Shown here one piece after another: positions 48,754 through 61,256 of a stretch of 64,000 nt of DNA; position 1 is the stretch's first letter, and every line of letters begins with the position of its first letter. Where the stretch lies: contig ML996694.1 of NCBI GenBank assembly GCA_010356995.1, positions 247,224-311,223 on the forward strand. The letters are read 5' to 3'. The position numbers were made by a program, and so were the translations under genes. The notes under the pieces are model-generated. The model did no database searches and had not been told where the DNA came from. It saw only the letters and a program-made list of their open reading frames with translations. This DNA is from Trichodelitschia bisporula. Taxonomy: Eukaryota.

Positions 48754-49784
48754 CTCTGTACGGTAGTCGAGTGATTGGTTGTTGCATGACTCGATGCGTG
48801 TCTAAACATTTTTTCGTCGTCTGTTTGCGTCCGTCAGCCTAATTGATTTTGATCATACCACGCCAACTGAGACAAAGAAAGGCAACCACAAATCAAGTGA
48901 AGGGCCCATTTGATGGAAAGGGACACAAGAATCTGTTGTGAACACTAACTGCTGAGCTTCATGTTGGAACTGGTAGCGAGGATAAAGGTAGCTATTTGCT
49001 ACAAATGTCTCTACATAGCCGGTGTTCCTGGCGCGGGCAAGCAAAGGCGCAACCAAGAGATATCAATGGGAGTTCATCACAATCACCACTCGACATGATC
49101 GATTGCTGGAAAGACAGACCCATCTACTAGTACCGCAATGGGGAGAACAAAGCAAGAACACTCAACATGTGGCGCGCTGCCTTGGTGCCTCAAACGACCC
49201 CCCTTCCACCACACAAGCTGCACGTCTGCGCGGATGTAACACACCCAGAGGTTGAACCACGTCCTCATTATCGCTCAACAACACCGACCCCAACACCGCC
49301 ACCGCCATCTGCAACATCTTTCACTCGACACCTAGCAAATTTTGCTACGCCATCAGATTATCGCGAACCTCATTGTCTCTGCGCGCTAGAATCTCGCCAG
49401 AAGCATCTCCGCTCCCATCTCGCCTCCCCCCCGCAGTCTTCACGCCCTCTCTCCCGATCCCGTCGCGACGCCATCACAACTTGCTTTCGGCCTTCACCAC
49501 GCGTGTACAGCACTCTGCCCGCTACCTCTCATCCATTCGCATCCATCTGAACCTTTACAATCTTGCGCGGGATTCAAATCACGTCACGACAGCGGGTTGC
49601 GCTCGGTTAGGACACATAGGCCACCCGCGGCGTCTTGCCGTCCGTTGGTCTCGGAGTGGGAGGGTCGTCGCCGTGGGGGAAGAGTTCTCGCAGCGGTAAA
49701 TCAAGCCACCTACTCCAGTCGCAATCTGTCCCCGCAAGGCAGAGTGAGAGGAGGCGTACGTCCCGATGAGCTGAGGGTGCGGCG

Positions 49785-51560
49785 ATGGACCCGCAGAGTG
49801 CACCTTTCACCCCCCGAGACGACCTGTGGCGCTTCCAGACCGACGTGCTGCGCATGCAACAGACGCAGCAGGAGCACGCCGAACGATTGCTACGGTTGGA
49901 GCGCAAGCAGGAGGACGATGCGAGGATGAAGTCGGTGTGGGGTACTTCTTCGCCCTTCCCGGGCGTGCTTGCTGGCACGCCTCAGCAAGGTGAGCCAGAA
50001 CTTCTCAAACGCGTTTTGGGCGTTCTAAACAATGGCACAGTGCCGCTGCGGCAGCCGCCGGTGGATGCCTTCAACGGCTTTGATGATGAGTCGTCAACCA
50101 ACCTCATCGGAAGCCTGCACTTGGATGCTGATGAGGAGCCACGCCGCACAGGTGCTACCTCCCGTGCGAACAGTGTCCGTTTCGATGAAACCGCCAACCA
50201 AGGCCACTGGTCCCACGCGTCGCGCTCGTCCATCGACCTCATTCCGCGCGCCAGCAGCAGCCTCAGCGCACATCCACTGATGGAGCGGACGTACTCCCAC
50301 AAGTCGGACGGCAGACAGAGCTCGGCCGGGCACTCGGTGCACTCGGCGACGTCGGGCCGTGCCAATAGTCTGGGGCTCGACACGCTGTTCAGCGCGTTCG
50401 ATGCACCAGCTGTCGCGCCCGGCATGTTTGTTCTAGGGCCGGTCCCGTCCATCATCCGCTGCTGGTTGACAACGACGTTCAAGCACGATTCACTTCTGTA
50501 TGCGGCCGTATGTACGGGGTCATATACATCGTATGTCGACAGACGGTTGGTGAACGCTCTAGGCCTGACCGATCGTGTACGCGTTGAAGGTGGGCACACG
50601 AACAAACTCAAGCTCTCAGTTTACCTGCCGGAAGCTGTCACGCGCACTCCGTCGTCAAGCGTAAGCAGTATCACGCCCCAGTTACCCGCCATCACCGTGG
50701 ACTTTACGGTGGTGACGCGTCTCGATGAAAACGATAGGTCAATTCAGATCTTCATTGGCAGTGACACGCTCCGCACGCACAGCGCCGACATCCTGTTCTC
50801 GTCCAATACAATCACCATGTTCGATGACGACCGCTGCAAGCTGTCCGTTCCCATGGTCCGTCCCGAGGATGAACGCAGCTTCAATGGCCTATTCCTGAGC
50901 AGCCGCGATACACAAGCCATGGAAGCGGCTCGAAAGGCCGCCAGCATGCTCACGGACCAGGAACTGCTGAACGGTCTCCGCCAATCTGTCCCGCTTGACA
51001 CTCGTCAGGACGCTAGCAGCCTTAAATCATCGCAAAGTTCCCTCGCCCCAGCCGCTGACATCGCCTCCAAGCGCGATGAACCCGCCGACACGCTCCCACC
51101 CCTTGGCACCATCAATACAAACTCCGAGTCCAAGCCGGCAGGTCCGACCAGCGCCCCCGCGCGCCCCGGCCCGTCTCCTGCTATCTGGAGCAACTGGCGC
51201 CGCGACGACAAGACCGCCGCTCCCGACGCGAAGTCCGGCGTGCCGCGCCGCGAGGGCATCAAGGTCCTGCGTCCCCTCAAGCCGGCCGCTCGCACCATCT
51301 CGTCCAACAGCGTGGCTACTACGACCACTGTCGGCGGAGCAGCTAGTCCCGCCGCGTCGACTGCTTCCACATCGGGGGCGGGCCAGTCGCGCTTCTTCGA
51401 CGACGGGAGGCGGCGTACGAGCCTGGATAAGGATGAGGGCAAGGCGAATGGGCGCGAGAATGTGGGTAAGGAGGGTGCTGCGGCTGCGGGGACGGCGGGC
51501 AAGCCGCGTGGTGCGAATCCTGTTGGGGGAGCGTCGGCGTTTGCTTGGTTGGCCAAGTAG
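49785..51560 (+). CDS. Conserved-looking fungal hypothetical protein with a retropepsin-like central domain
   Basis: 591-aa ORF with a probable in-frame intron 49990-50040; N-terminal coiled coil; central AAVCTGSYTSYVDRRLVNALGL..IFIGSDTL. Confidence 0.75.
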   Translation: MDPQSAPFTPRDDLWRFQTDVLRMQQTQQEHAERLLRLERKQEDDARMKSVWGTSSPFPGVLAGTPQQGEPELLKRVLGVLNNGTVPLRQPPVDAFNGFDDESSTNLIGSLHLDADEEPRRTGATSRANSVRFDETANQGHWSHASRSSIDLIPRASSSLSAHPLMERTYSHKSDGRQSSAGHSVHSATSGRANSLGLDTLFSAFDAPAVAPGMFVLGPVPSIIRCWLTTTFKHDSLLYAAVCTGSYTSYVDRRLVNALGLTDRVRVEGGHTNKLKLSVYLPEAVTRTPSSSVSSITPQLPAITVDFTVVTRLDENDRSIQIFIGSDTLRTHSADILFSSNTITMFDDDRCKLSVPMVRPEDERSFNGLFLSSRDTQAMEAARKAASMLTDQELLNGLRQSVPLDTRQDASSLKSSQSSLAPAADIASKRDEPADTLPPLGTINTNSESKPAGPTSAPARPGPSPAIWSNWRRDDKTAAPDAKSGVPRREGIKVLRPLKPAARTISSNSVATTTTVGGAASPAASTASTSGAGQSRFFDDGRRRTSLDKDEGKANGRENVGKEGAAAAGTAGKPRGANPVGGASAFAWLAK

Positions 51561-53184
51561 AGGCGCTTTCGCTTCTCGGATGGGATGGATTTGGGTCTAG
51601 GTTGGATGGTCGGATTTGGGGCTGGAACTGCGGGCGTGTGTTCGGGGCTAGTTTGAGTGAGACGAGAAGTATTATGGTGTATGTCACGGGCTATGCGGAT
51701 AGTGTAGAATCACTTGTGACTGCGAATGGAGGGGAGTGCAGTGACGTCGGTATGCCGTGACCTTGACACAGCGGCCCCTCTTCCACGCTGCTCCCCGGCG
51801 CGGCGTTTCAGCTCAACGTGCAGAGTGTCGTGTAATGTTTGTGTTCTGGACGGGACGGCTGGTGGAAGATTCTGGGTGACGGGTATTTGGTGATTGATGA
51901 ATGCTTTGTGGTGATGCCAAAGGGAATAGTTACATAGGCGTCGGGTAAAGGTGCATTTCCCAAAGGAAGCAACTGCGGCACTCTCCACTTCCAGCCGCCC
52001 TTCACTAACATCCTCCTCCTTGATTCAGTGTCAAGATCATCCTCGACGCCAGAGACAGGAAGCTTTTCAGATCTCTTGAACCCCATGTTTGTCTAGGCTC
52101 TTTCTACGCAGCCTGAAGTCTCGGACGTCCGCTTGAGGGACTGCGGTGAACAAAGCTAGACGCGCGCAAGGGGCGCTTATCGTGGTCACAAAACGCACCG
52201 TCTTAGGCTGGACAAAGACTGCTAAAGGTGTTGGATTAGGCATTATTCATCCATTCCTTCTCTGGCTAGCTGAGAGCAAATATCTAAAGCACAGCTCCGG
52301 GTAGTTGAGAGTTGAGAAGAGAAGACGAGGCTCAGCTCCGTCAAGACGACAGCTTCTTTGCCTGCGTCTAAACGGGCCCATCTTTCACGTATCCACCGCG
52401 TGCCTGCCGCTTTGGGTCTCGCCCTCCCCTCACGCTCACTTCTCATTATTCAAGGCGGACTGCGCACCTTACGCTCCTCCTCACCAAGCAAAAGCACCCA
52501 AGACCTTGCAAGCCAAACACAACCCATCCCCTCCACCCCCCACCCACCCACAATCCCATCACCTGTTACACTCCCACCTGCACAACCCTACCCATTCACC
52601 TGCAAATCGTCCTGTCATACCTTTTATTCAGCGCTCCTTTTCACCTGTACAGGTCTCCCAACAACCCATAGCGCGTCTCTTCGCGTCCCTACATCGCCCT
52701 TCTGCCACTCACTGCACCTTCGACACCTGCTTCTCCGCCACCACTTCTCCGCACTTCTTCCACCATCGTCGCCGTCGCGCACCACCAGCCGGCTGGACGC
52801 GAGCGCCTCCGCACCTCCGGAGCCGCTCCCGCCCACCGACAACCCGCCAACATCACGGCTCCAAAGAAGCGAAAGTTAGCCCGAGAGCAGGCCCAAGAGT
52901 TGAGCAGCAGCGGAAGCGACCGAACCACAGCGAGCACGGCCAGTAGCAGCTGTGCACCAGGCGCTGCCCACGGCGTCCCGGACAGCCATTCTGCCGGCCC
53001 GAACACATTCACCTCCGCAAATCCCTCCCACCCCACCGCGAACGTCAAATTCCACATTCCCGCTTCCCGCGACGCCCGCACCCGCAAAGACCGCCCCGTC
53101 CCCACTTTGCGTCTGTCTCTAGATTCCGACGCCGCCAACTCCCCTTCCGCCGCCTGCGCCGACTTGTCCCTCGACGACGGCGCC

Positions 53185-56100
53185 ATGGCGCTGGATACCG
53201 GGATGGAAGAACTGGGCACGGTTCAACGGTCGACGGAGACGGCAGAAGGGACGGTCGGCAAACACGCCGCTGAACCGGTGCCTGCCAACGAGAATCTGTC
53301 GCCGGACACACAGCCTCCCAAGTCACGCTCTTCATCGCCTGCGAAGCGCCGTGCGAGCGAAATGGACGACGAGGCTCCCCAATCTGTCGCTAATGACGCC
53401 ATGGATGTGGATACTGCCTCCAGCCCCGCTCCTGCGCGCATCCTCCGGGATGCGTCAGTTGACATGCTGAACGGTAGCGCCTCGAGCAGTGGTACAACGG
53501 CGAACACACCTGGGACTACGGACGCCGATGGGTCGTCGGCGACGTCGTTGCCAGACCAAGGCGTGGACCGAGAAATGGAGGACGTACGCCCGCGCGCTCC
53601 TGATTCCCAGCGCCCTTCCTACGACGAACAAATCGCCATAGTGCTTGAAGATTACAGTCAGCGGGTTCCGGAGGAAGGTGATGTGGGCTTCGCCATCTCA
53701 GGTAATTGGGTGTCGCGTGTGTTAGCACGTGGCTCGGATGGTGCCGCTCCTCGCGACAAATCTGCTCTAGAGGGCGAGGTCGGGCCTGTCGATAACAGCG
53801 ACTTGCTAGGCAAGAGTACGTTCCTTAAACACACTACCGTGTTTCATCTTCTTGCTGCTAACTGGGACAGAGCCCTGGCTCTCCGGTCTGGTCGATGAAA
53901 AGGGCGAGCCGTTCATACCGCTCGTGCCGGGCCTACGCTTTGGTGAAGACGTTCTCATCATGTCGCAAATGGCCTTCGACAAGATTGTGTCGTGGTATGG
54001 TGTTTCCAGTGGCCAACCCATCATCAAGCGCTATGCGCACGACACGAGCCCCGAAGGAGGTCAGCCCAATGTTCAATGGGAGATGTACCCGCCCATCTTC
54101 ACGATCAAGAAAGTACTCAACACCGCGGAGGGCACTACGATGCAGGTAATCCGCGACCGCAGCGAGAAGGCGCCCCGCATCCTGTCCAGCCGCAATGGTC
54201 ACTTCCAGACCTTCCTGGCACAGGTTAAAGAGAAACTTCACATTCCGAAGGAGAAGAAGGTTCGTGTCTGGCGCGTCATCACAGAGGATCTGCCGCTTGG
54301 CACAGACGGTCCGGACAACAACAAGGAGAGCAGCGTGTTCAGCCCGCCCCCGTCGCGAGATGCCAGCCCTATCCGCACTGCAGATCCTATGATCATGGAT
54401 GTCAAGGCCTTTAACGACCTGGCCGAGGGCACGCAACGTGAGATGGTCGACGTTAAGGACGAGACGGCCAATCCGAATTACAATGGGCGTCTGACTATGG
54501 ACATCATCGGCCTCGCGGCGGATCAGACCCTCATCATCGAAGAGCAAGCGACTACTGGCAACTTCGTGTCCGAGCGTGGCCGCCAGACTACGACCAAGAA
54601 CGGCTCCTCGCACCTGGTTCCGAAGAAGACTTCTACGGCGACCAGCAGCAAAGCCTCTAGTCCCGCGCCTAGCATGATGACCCGCGGACGTGCACGCGCC
54701 CAGGGTCGGTCACGAGGATCTGTCGGCCTGTCCAACCTGGGGAATACCTGTTACATGAATTCGGCCCTGCAGTGCATCCGTGCCTGCGAAGAGCTGACGA
54801 CTTACTTCCTTGAGACATGCTGGAAGCAAGAGCTCAACTCAAGCAACCCACTCGGCCACAATGGAGCAATCGCCAGGGCGTACGCCGGCTTGATTGAAAG
54901 CCTGTATTCGCCTAACCTCACCTCATTTGCTCCGCGCAACTTCAAGGCTCAGCTTGGTCGATATGCGCCTATGTTCTCTGGCTATGGCCAGCAGGATTCC
55001 CAGGAGTTCATGAGCTTCCTTGTCGATGGATTGCACGAGGACCTTAACCGTATCATCAAGAAGCCGTACAGCGAGAACCCCGAGTCGGATGACAAGACTG
55101 TGCATGATCCCGAGGCAATCCGCGAGCTGGGTGAGAAGTACCGCGCAAATTACCGCGCTCGCAATGACTCCGTGGTGATGGATTTGATGAACGGCTTCTA
55201 CAAGAACACCATGGTCTGCCCGGCGTGCGACAAAGTCAGCATCACATTTGATCCCTTCTCGCTGCTCACTCTGCAGCTGCCCATCGACCAGCCGTGGTCG
55301 CACAAGTTCACGTTCATTCCGCTCCAGGGTCGTCCTGTCGAGATTGAAGTCGAAATTGATAAGAACTCTTCCGTCCAGAATCTCAAGGACTTCGTGGCTT
55401 CGCGCATTCCTGGCCTTAACAGCGCCAAGCTCGCTGTCGTAGAACTGTTCTCCAACAAGTTCTATCGCGCTTTCGAGGATAGAATGTCCATTGCTGAGTG
55501 CCAAATCCAAAACCGTGATGATATGGTCGTCTATGAGTTGGAGGATCCGCTCAGCAGCTACCAGACACTTCCGAAAAAGAAGACGAAGAAGTACAAATCG
55601 ATGCTCACGCTTGAGGCTCCGTCTTCGGACGAAGAGATGCCTGACCATGAGACCGGGCCTGGCAAGTTTCTCGTCAGCGTCTTCAACCGTATTCCGAAAC
55701 AGAATATGAGCGGTAATCAGCTTACCCTTTGGCCCACACTCATTTCTTTGACGCACGAGGAGGCGCAGGATTATGACGAGATTCTTCGCAAAGTACTCGC
55801 TCGCGTTGCCGTCATGACTACGCGCGATATTCTCAACGAAGACTCGACGCGCTTTTCGGGCTTCTCTCCCCGCCCAGACGCCGAGACCGATGACGAGTCC
55901 TACACCACCACGTCGGCGGATACAACCGTGAAGGCGAATTCAGTTGAGGGAGAAGATGGCCTCGTCGACATCACCATGCGTGATGATGCTCCTTCTTCAC
56001 CCCGCTCACGCCGACCTTCCATTTTGCGTCCCGGCGCCTACATCCCTCCTGAGCACCGCCGCTTGTTCGAGATGAAGTACTTCACCGCTGGGTCCGATGT

Positions 56101-57828
56101 CATCCCCTCCGGGTGGAACTACATCGACAGTGGCCGGAACCATCCTCCCATCAGATCGCGCATCCCCAAGGAAGTGCCCGCGTCACCCGAGTCCGCGCCT
56201 TCCTCACCAGGCTCGCCTACTAGCGCGGAAGTGGAGTCCGACGCCGATGACGATGAATATACGCCTGCCGCGAGCCAGCGCGACCCCGTCAAGACGTCTT
56301 ACAGCGTCAACCCGCCTGACAGCGAGGATGAGCTCTTTAGCGCGAAGCCTGGCAGTGGCAACGGCAAGCGGAAGAACAAGACGTACGGGAAGAAGGGCGC
56401 GAAGGGCAAGCCGAAGATCAAGGGTCGCGGCAAACACGCTCACGTGCACCACAACACGCGGCCCCAGCGCGCGGCCGCCACGGGTCATGCGACGGCTGCG
56501 GCAAGTGAGTCGTCGGACACTGATGGCATACTCCTGCGGCCGGGTGAGGCGATTATTCTTGACTGGGATCCGGAGGCGTTTGACGCACTTTTCAACGGCA
56601 GCCCGAGCGACGAGATCCGCGGGCGCGACACACGGCTTGACGCTGAACTGCTTCCGGACAAGAAGCTCGAGGAGCGGAGGCGCCTTAGGATGGCACGCAA
56701 GCGGTCGGGCGTCACTCTTGAGGACTGTTTCGCTGAGACGGCGAAGGGAGAGATTCTCACTGAAGAGAATGCGTGGTTCTGCAGCCGCTGCAAGGAGATG
56801 CGGCTCGCTAGCAAGCGGCTTGAGATTTGGACGGTGCCTGATGTGTTGGTCATCCATCTTAAGCGTTTTGGCATCAGTCGCGGCTTCCGCGATAAGATCG
56901 ATGTGTTGGTGGACTTCCCGGTTGAGGGGCTTGATCTGAATGGCAAGGTCGGCTTGGCTGAAGGGAAGGATCTGATATACGACCTTTTTGCGGTGGATAA
57001 TCACTACGGCGGCCTGGGTGGCGGGCACTACACGGCGTATGCGCGTAACTTTGTCGATGGGAAGTGGTACGAGTACAACGGTATGCCTCCCCCTCTCCTC
57101 TTCTCCACACCCTAATAACCCACGCAGATTCCCACGTCTCCGTCAAAACCCCCCAAGGTGTCATCACCCCCGCCGCCTACCTCCTCTTCTACCGGCGCCG
57201 CAGCGCCACCCCCCTCGGCCCAGATTATCTACAGGAACTCGTAGCCACCGCCCGCGCGCCCCCCTCATCCGACGACGAAAACGGCAACACGCCCGGCTCC
57301 GCCAGCCCCTCGGACGACGAGGCGGGAAACGGTCGTGGTGGACCTGGCTTCGGGCGCGGAGCTGGGGGCGAGCGCGGGAGCGGAGCCGCGGCTGAGGCCG
57401 AGGGCGCGGGGAGCATGCTTATGCTGCCTGCTTACGCGGGGCAAGGTGCGGGCGGGAGTGGGAGCGATGATGAGGGGATTGGCCTCCAGGAGGTGTTTGG
57501 GCCGCAGTTACCCGGGAATGAGGGCAGGTTTAGTCTGGCGGATATTCAGGGGGTGGGGTGGGGGTGGGGTGGGGTGGGCGGGGAGGGGAGTGTGGGGAGT
57601 AATGATGCGGCGGATGGGGAGGGGAGTGCGGGGGAGGTGGGGAATCGGTTGTTGGAGGATTTTGGGGATGAGGAGGGGGTTTTTGAGGGGGGGGGGTTTG
57701 AGGTGCCTGAGTTGGTGGGGATGGGGAGGGGGGAGGGGAGTGTGAAGAGTTTGGTTGTGGATGCGGTTGAGATGGAGGGGGAGGCGGTGGAGGAGGAGGA
57801 GGTTGCGGAGATTAGGGTGGATGCTTAG
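53185..57828 (+). CDS. UBP12: Ubiquitin-specific protease Ubp12 (USP4/11/15 type, with DUSP-like domain)
   Basis: Cys box GLSNLGNTCYMNSALQC; QQDSQEF; His box HYGGLGGGHYTAY. Introns ~53816-53870 and 57081-57128. First ATG at 53185, but see the ACG finding. Confidence 0.92.
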
Positions 57829-58749
57829 GGGTATGGTCTGTGGTGTTGGACTAGACTGGTGGGCATTGATGCGTGGATGTGAGCTGGTGGACATCGATGT
57901 CTGGGTATGATTCAGATGAATGCATGTTAGGGCGATGATGGTGTGTCACTGTGTTAGGCATGGATGACATGGGTGTGTATCTCTGTAGAGAGAAGGTTGA
58001 TACGTGGTGGCATTTTATGGGGGCGTTTTTCGGTCTATGATAGGCAAAAAGTAATGGTTTAGACGGTGGTTATGATGCCTTTTTGGGAGTGTGTGATGCT
58101 GGGGGTGAGGTGAGGTGACACGAGTGAGGATGTGGAGACTTTATGCTGGCTATTTTGAGGCTGGATGGACCGGAGTTGGCACCTATTGCCGCACCATCTG
58201 TGTTAGCGTTGAACCCACGTCATCAGTCGCCTGGAATGATACGTCTGTTTGTATGAGGGGATATGAACCTACTTACTTACAGCTGTCGGTTTGCTCTCTG
58301 TTCTGATAACGGAGGGAAGTGGGCCACAATGCTCCTTCCGAAAGTTTAAAGCATGCCAGGATCCAGCTGCTAGTCACCTTCATTTGATAACAATAGACGT
58401 GAATGGCTTTTCCCTTTATAACTCCCTCTTTCAAAGCGTGTGTCCGCTATAAACCCCCCCCCATACCCCTTTCCATCCTCACCCTCCCCCCCTGTGGCTG
58501 TGCAGAGCAAGGCTGAAACCCCACCAGCGGGGGAGGCGCAACCGCAAGTCCCAAAACAATCTAGCTCGAGCACCGCGCGTAGCGCCACGTCCTCAGCTCG
58601 CACGGATGCAACCACATCTCCAACTTCTGACGAACATCCCATCCACCCCCCATTCATCCCCTCCGCCCCCACTTTCCCTCACCAAACCCGAACTTCACCA
58701 ACCCCAATTGCATTCTCTCGAAGGCCTGAACGCCCCCCCAACCGCCATC

Positions 58750-60271
58750 ATGCAGCGTATGCACCGCACAGTCGGGACCTTCAAGTCCCGCTCCGCCGAC
58801 GACGCACAAGTCGCCATGCTAATCCACGACTTCGAAGAAGCGGACAAAATGCTCGGCATCGTGCGTCCCTTCCCCCACCTACCAGCCTCACTAATCCGGT
58901 CCAGTTAGTAGAGTCCTCGAAGCTCTGGCGCGACGCCTGGAGCGACATCCTCACCCGACAAGCCGCGATGGCAGGCGACTACGACACCATCGTGATGCCC
59001 ATCATCGCATCGAGCGATGGGCGGGACGACGGGAAATACTCCGACACGCCGGTGTCTACGCTGGAGCGCACGCAAGCGCTGCGGCAGGCGTACGCTGAGC
59101 TTAAGGAGGATATGAGTGGAGAGATTGGGATGGTGGATCAGCGGATTGTGGAGCCGGCGAAGGATGCCCGGGCTGCGATTAAGCAGTACAAGAAGGTTAT
59201 TAAGAAGCGGGAGGATAAGAAGCTGGATTTTGAGCGGTTTAAGGGGAGGGTGGAGAGTGCGGAGAAGAAGACCCGCCGGACGGATAAGGAGAATATGGCG
59301 CTGATGAAGAGTCGGATGGAGCTGGAGACGGCGACGACGGTGAGTTTGGGGGTTTGCGTGGATTTTGTGGGGGATTGGCGGGCTAATGGATACAGGTGTA
59401 TGAGGCGGCAGACGAGCACCTCAAAGCCACACTCCCCGGCATCACAAGCGCGACATACTCCCTCCTCCCGCACCTGCTCAACGCCCAGATCATGATCCAG
59501 AACACGCTCCTCGCACAGCTGTACACCACGCTGCACACCTACGCCAGCGACTACGGTTTCCCCAACCCGCCCCCGGAATTCGACGACATTATCCTCACCT
59601 TCGAGTCAGACTTCACATCCCTACGTCTCGAAGCCGAAGGCGCGCTCCGCATGCTCAGCACCGGGAAGGCGGTGCACCAACCCATGGCTCTGGGGCCGAC
59701 GGGCAGCACGATTACAGGCCTGGGGATTAGGAACAACATCAACGCGCGCCGGCACGGGACCCCCGCGGCCCTCCCGCCCGCGTCGAAGCCAGCGCTCAAA
59801 CCCTCGCCCTCCCTCCCGGCAATCGAGTACCACGCCCCTGCCCCTGAGACCCCGCCGCCTGTCGACAATGCCCTAAAGCCAAGCTGGAGCCGCACCCAGT
59901 CGCACCAGCTCACCGCGCGCCCATCCGCCGACCACTTCACGCCCGCATCGCACAGCTCGCAGCTCGCCATCCGCCCGCGCCAGCCCTCCGCCACGTCGAC
60001 GACCAGTATGTCTAGTCTAGGCTCAGCGGCGGCTGCTGCCGCGGTGGCGGGGAAGAAGAAACCGCCTCCGCCGCCGCCGAAGAAGAAACCTTCTATGCAG
60101 TTTGAGTATGTAACTGCGTTGTACGATTTTGCGGGCGAGGGGCAGGGGGATTTGAGTTTTAGGGAGGGGGATCGGATTAGGGTTATGAAGAAGACGGAGA
60201 GTACGGATGATTGGTGGGAGGGGGAGTTGAGGGGGTTGAGGGGGAGTTTTCCGGCGAATTATTGTCGGTAG
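58750..60271 (+). CDS. BAR domain plus SH3 domain protein (amphiphysin/Rvs167-like)
   Basis: Helical BAR region (KKVIKKREDKKLDFER), KKKPPPPPPKKK, SH3 ALYDF..DLSF..WWEG..GSFPANY. Introns 58861-58904 and 59340-59395. Confidence 0.88.
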
Positions 60272-61256
60272 GTTGGGATGTGGAAAGAGGTGATGTGGTG
60301 GATGGGAGTTTGGGCGGGCGTTGGGTGTGGGGTTTGGTGGAGAGGTAAAATGACTTTGGCGCGGATGAGGGTACAGCAGGAGGTTGGGAGTTTAGGCAGC
60401 GGAAAATAAAGGTAATGACAGATGTGATGCGTGCCTGTCCAGGGAGTATGTGAGATCGTGATGCTATCATGAGTATGTGGGTTCCCTGAGGCTATCACGG
60501 CCTATATGCCGCGTCATATGCCCGTGCCATCTTCTAAAACCTATGGGGAAATCCTCCCGAGCCGCAGTGCCGTCGTCAGCCCTGCACCCGCACCCTCCGT
60601 CTCTCGCCTGCAAACAAACAACCGCACGGTAGGGTAGGTACGAGGGGGCGCTGAAACACGTTTCACACCCGCAGGCAGCAAGCACGACCTACGGCCCCAT
60701 CTGCATCTTAACTTCCCACCCGTCTCCATCGCAGCTTCCACCTCCAACCCCCCGCGCCTTCCCCAGGCCAAAATGACGTAACCCCCCCAGACCACCCCCA
60801 ACCCCCACAAGACCTCACGGCACTCCGCCACCTCTCCAGTGCCGGCGGATTATCCTACGCCAGCTGTCCCACCCACTCGGGACACGGGGCGTGGGGCCCC
60901 GCGTGGCCTTCGCGGTTAGCGCCCCGGCCGCGACTGCGGTGGCGATATTGATGTGCCAAGTATATGGCTCTGCTTTGCGGCGAGGGCATGTTTCGAGTAA
61001 ACGTGCGGGATGTACACCCGGGCTAGAACTAGAACTCGTTCTTGGAGATCTGGGAGGAGGATCGGGAGGTTTTTTCATCAATCGACAGCCGGAGAGGGTT
61101 CAGACGAATTCGCTACATGCAATTCACTACTATCTCCCACATTCGGCGGCTACACTTTCGCAGCTACTTTCTCGAATCAAAAACCAAGTGATTGTTATAG
61201 CCGTAGCCAGAGGGGCCAAAGGGATAATAATAATAAAACTGCAGAGGGCGAATAAA

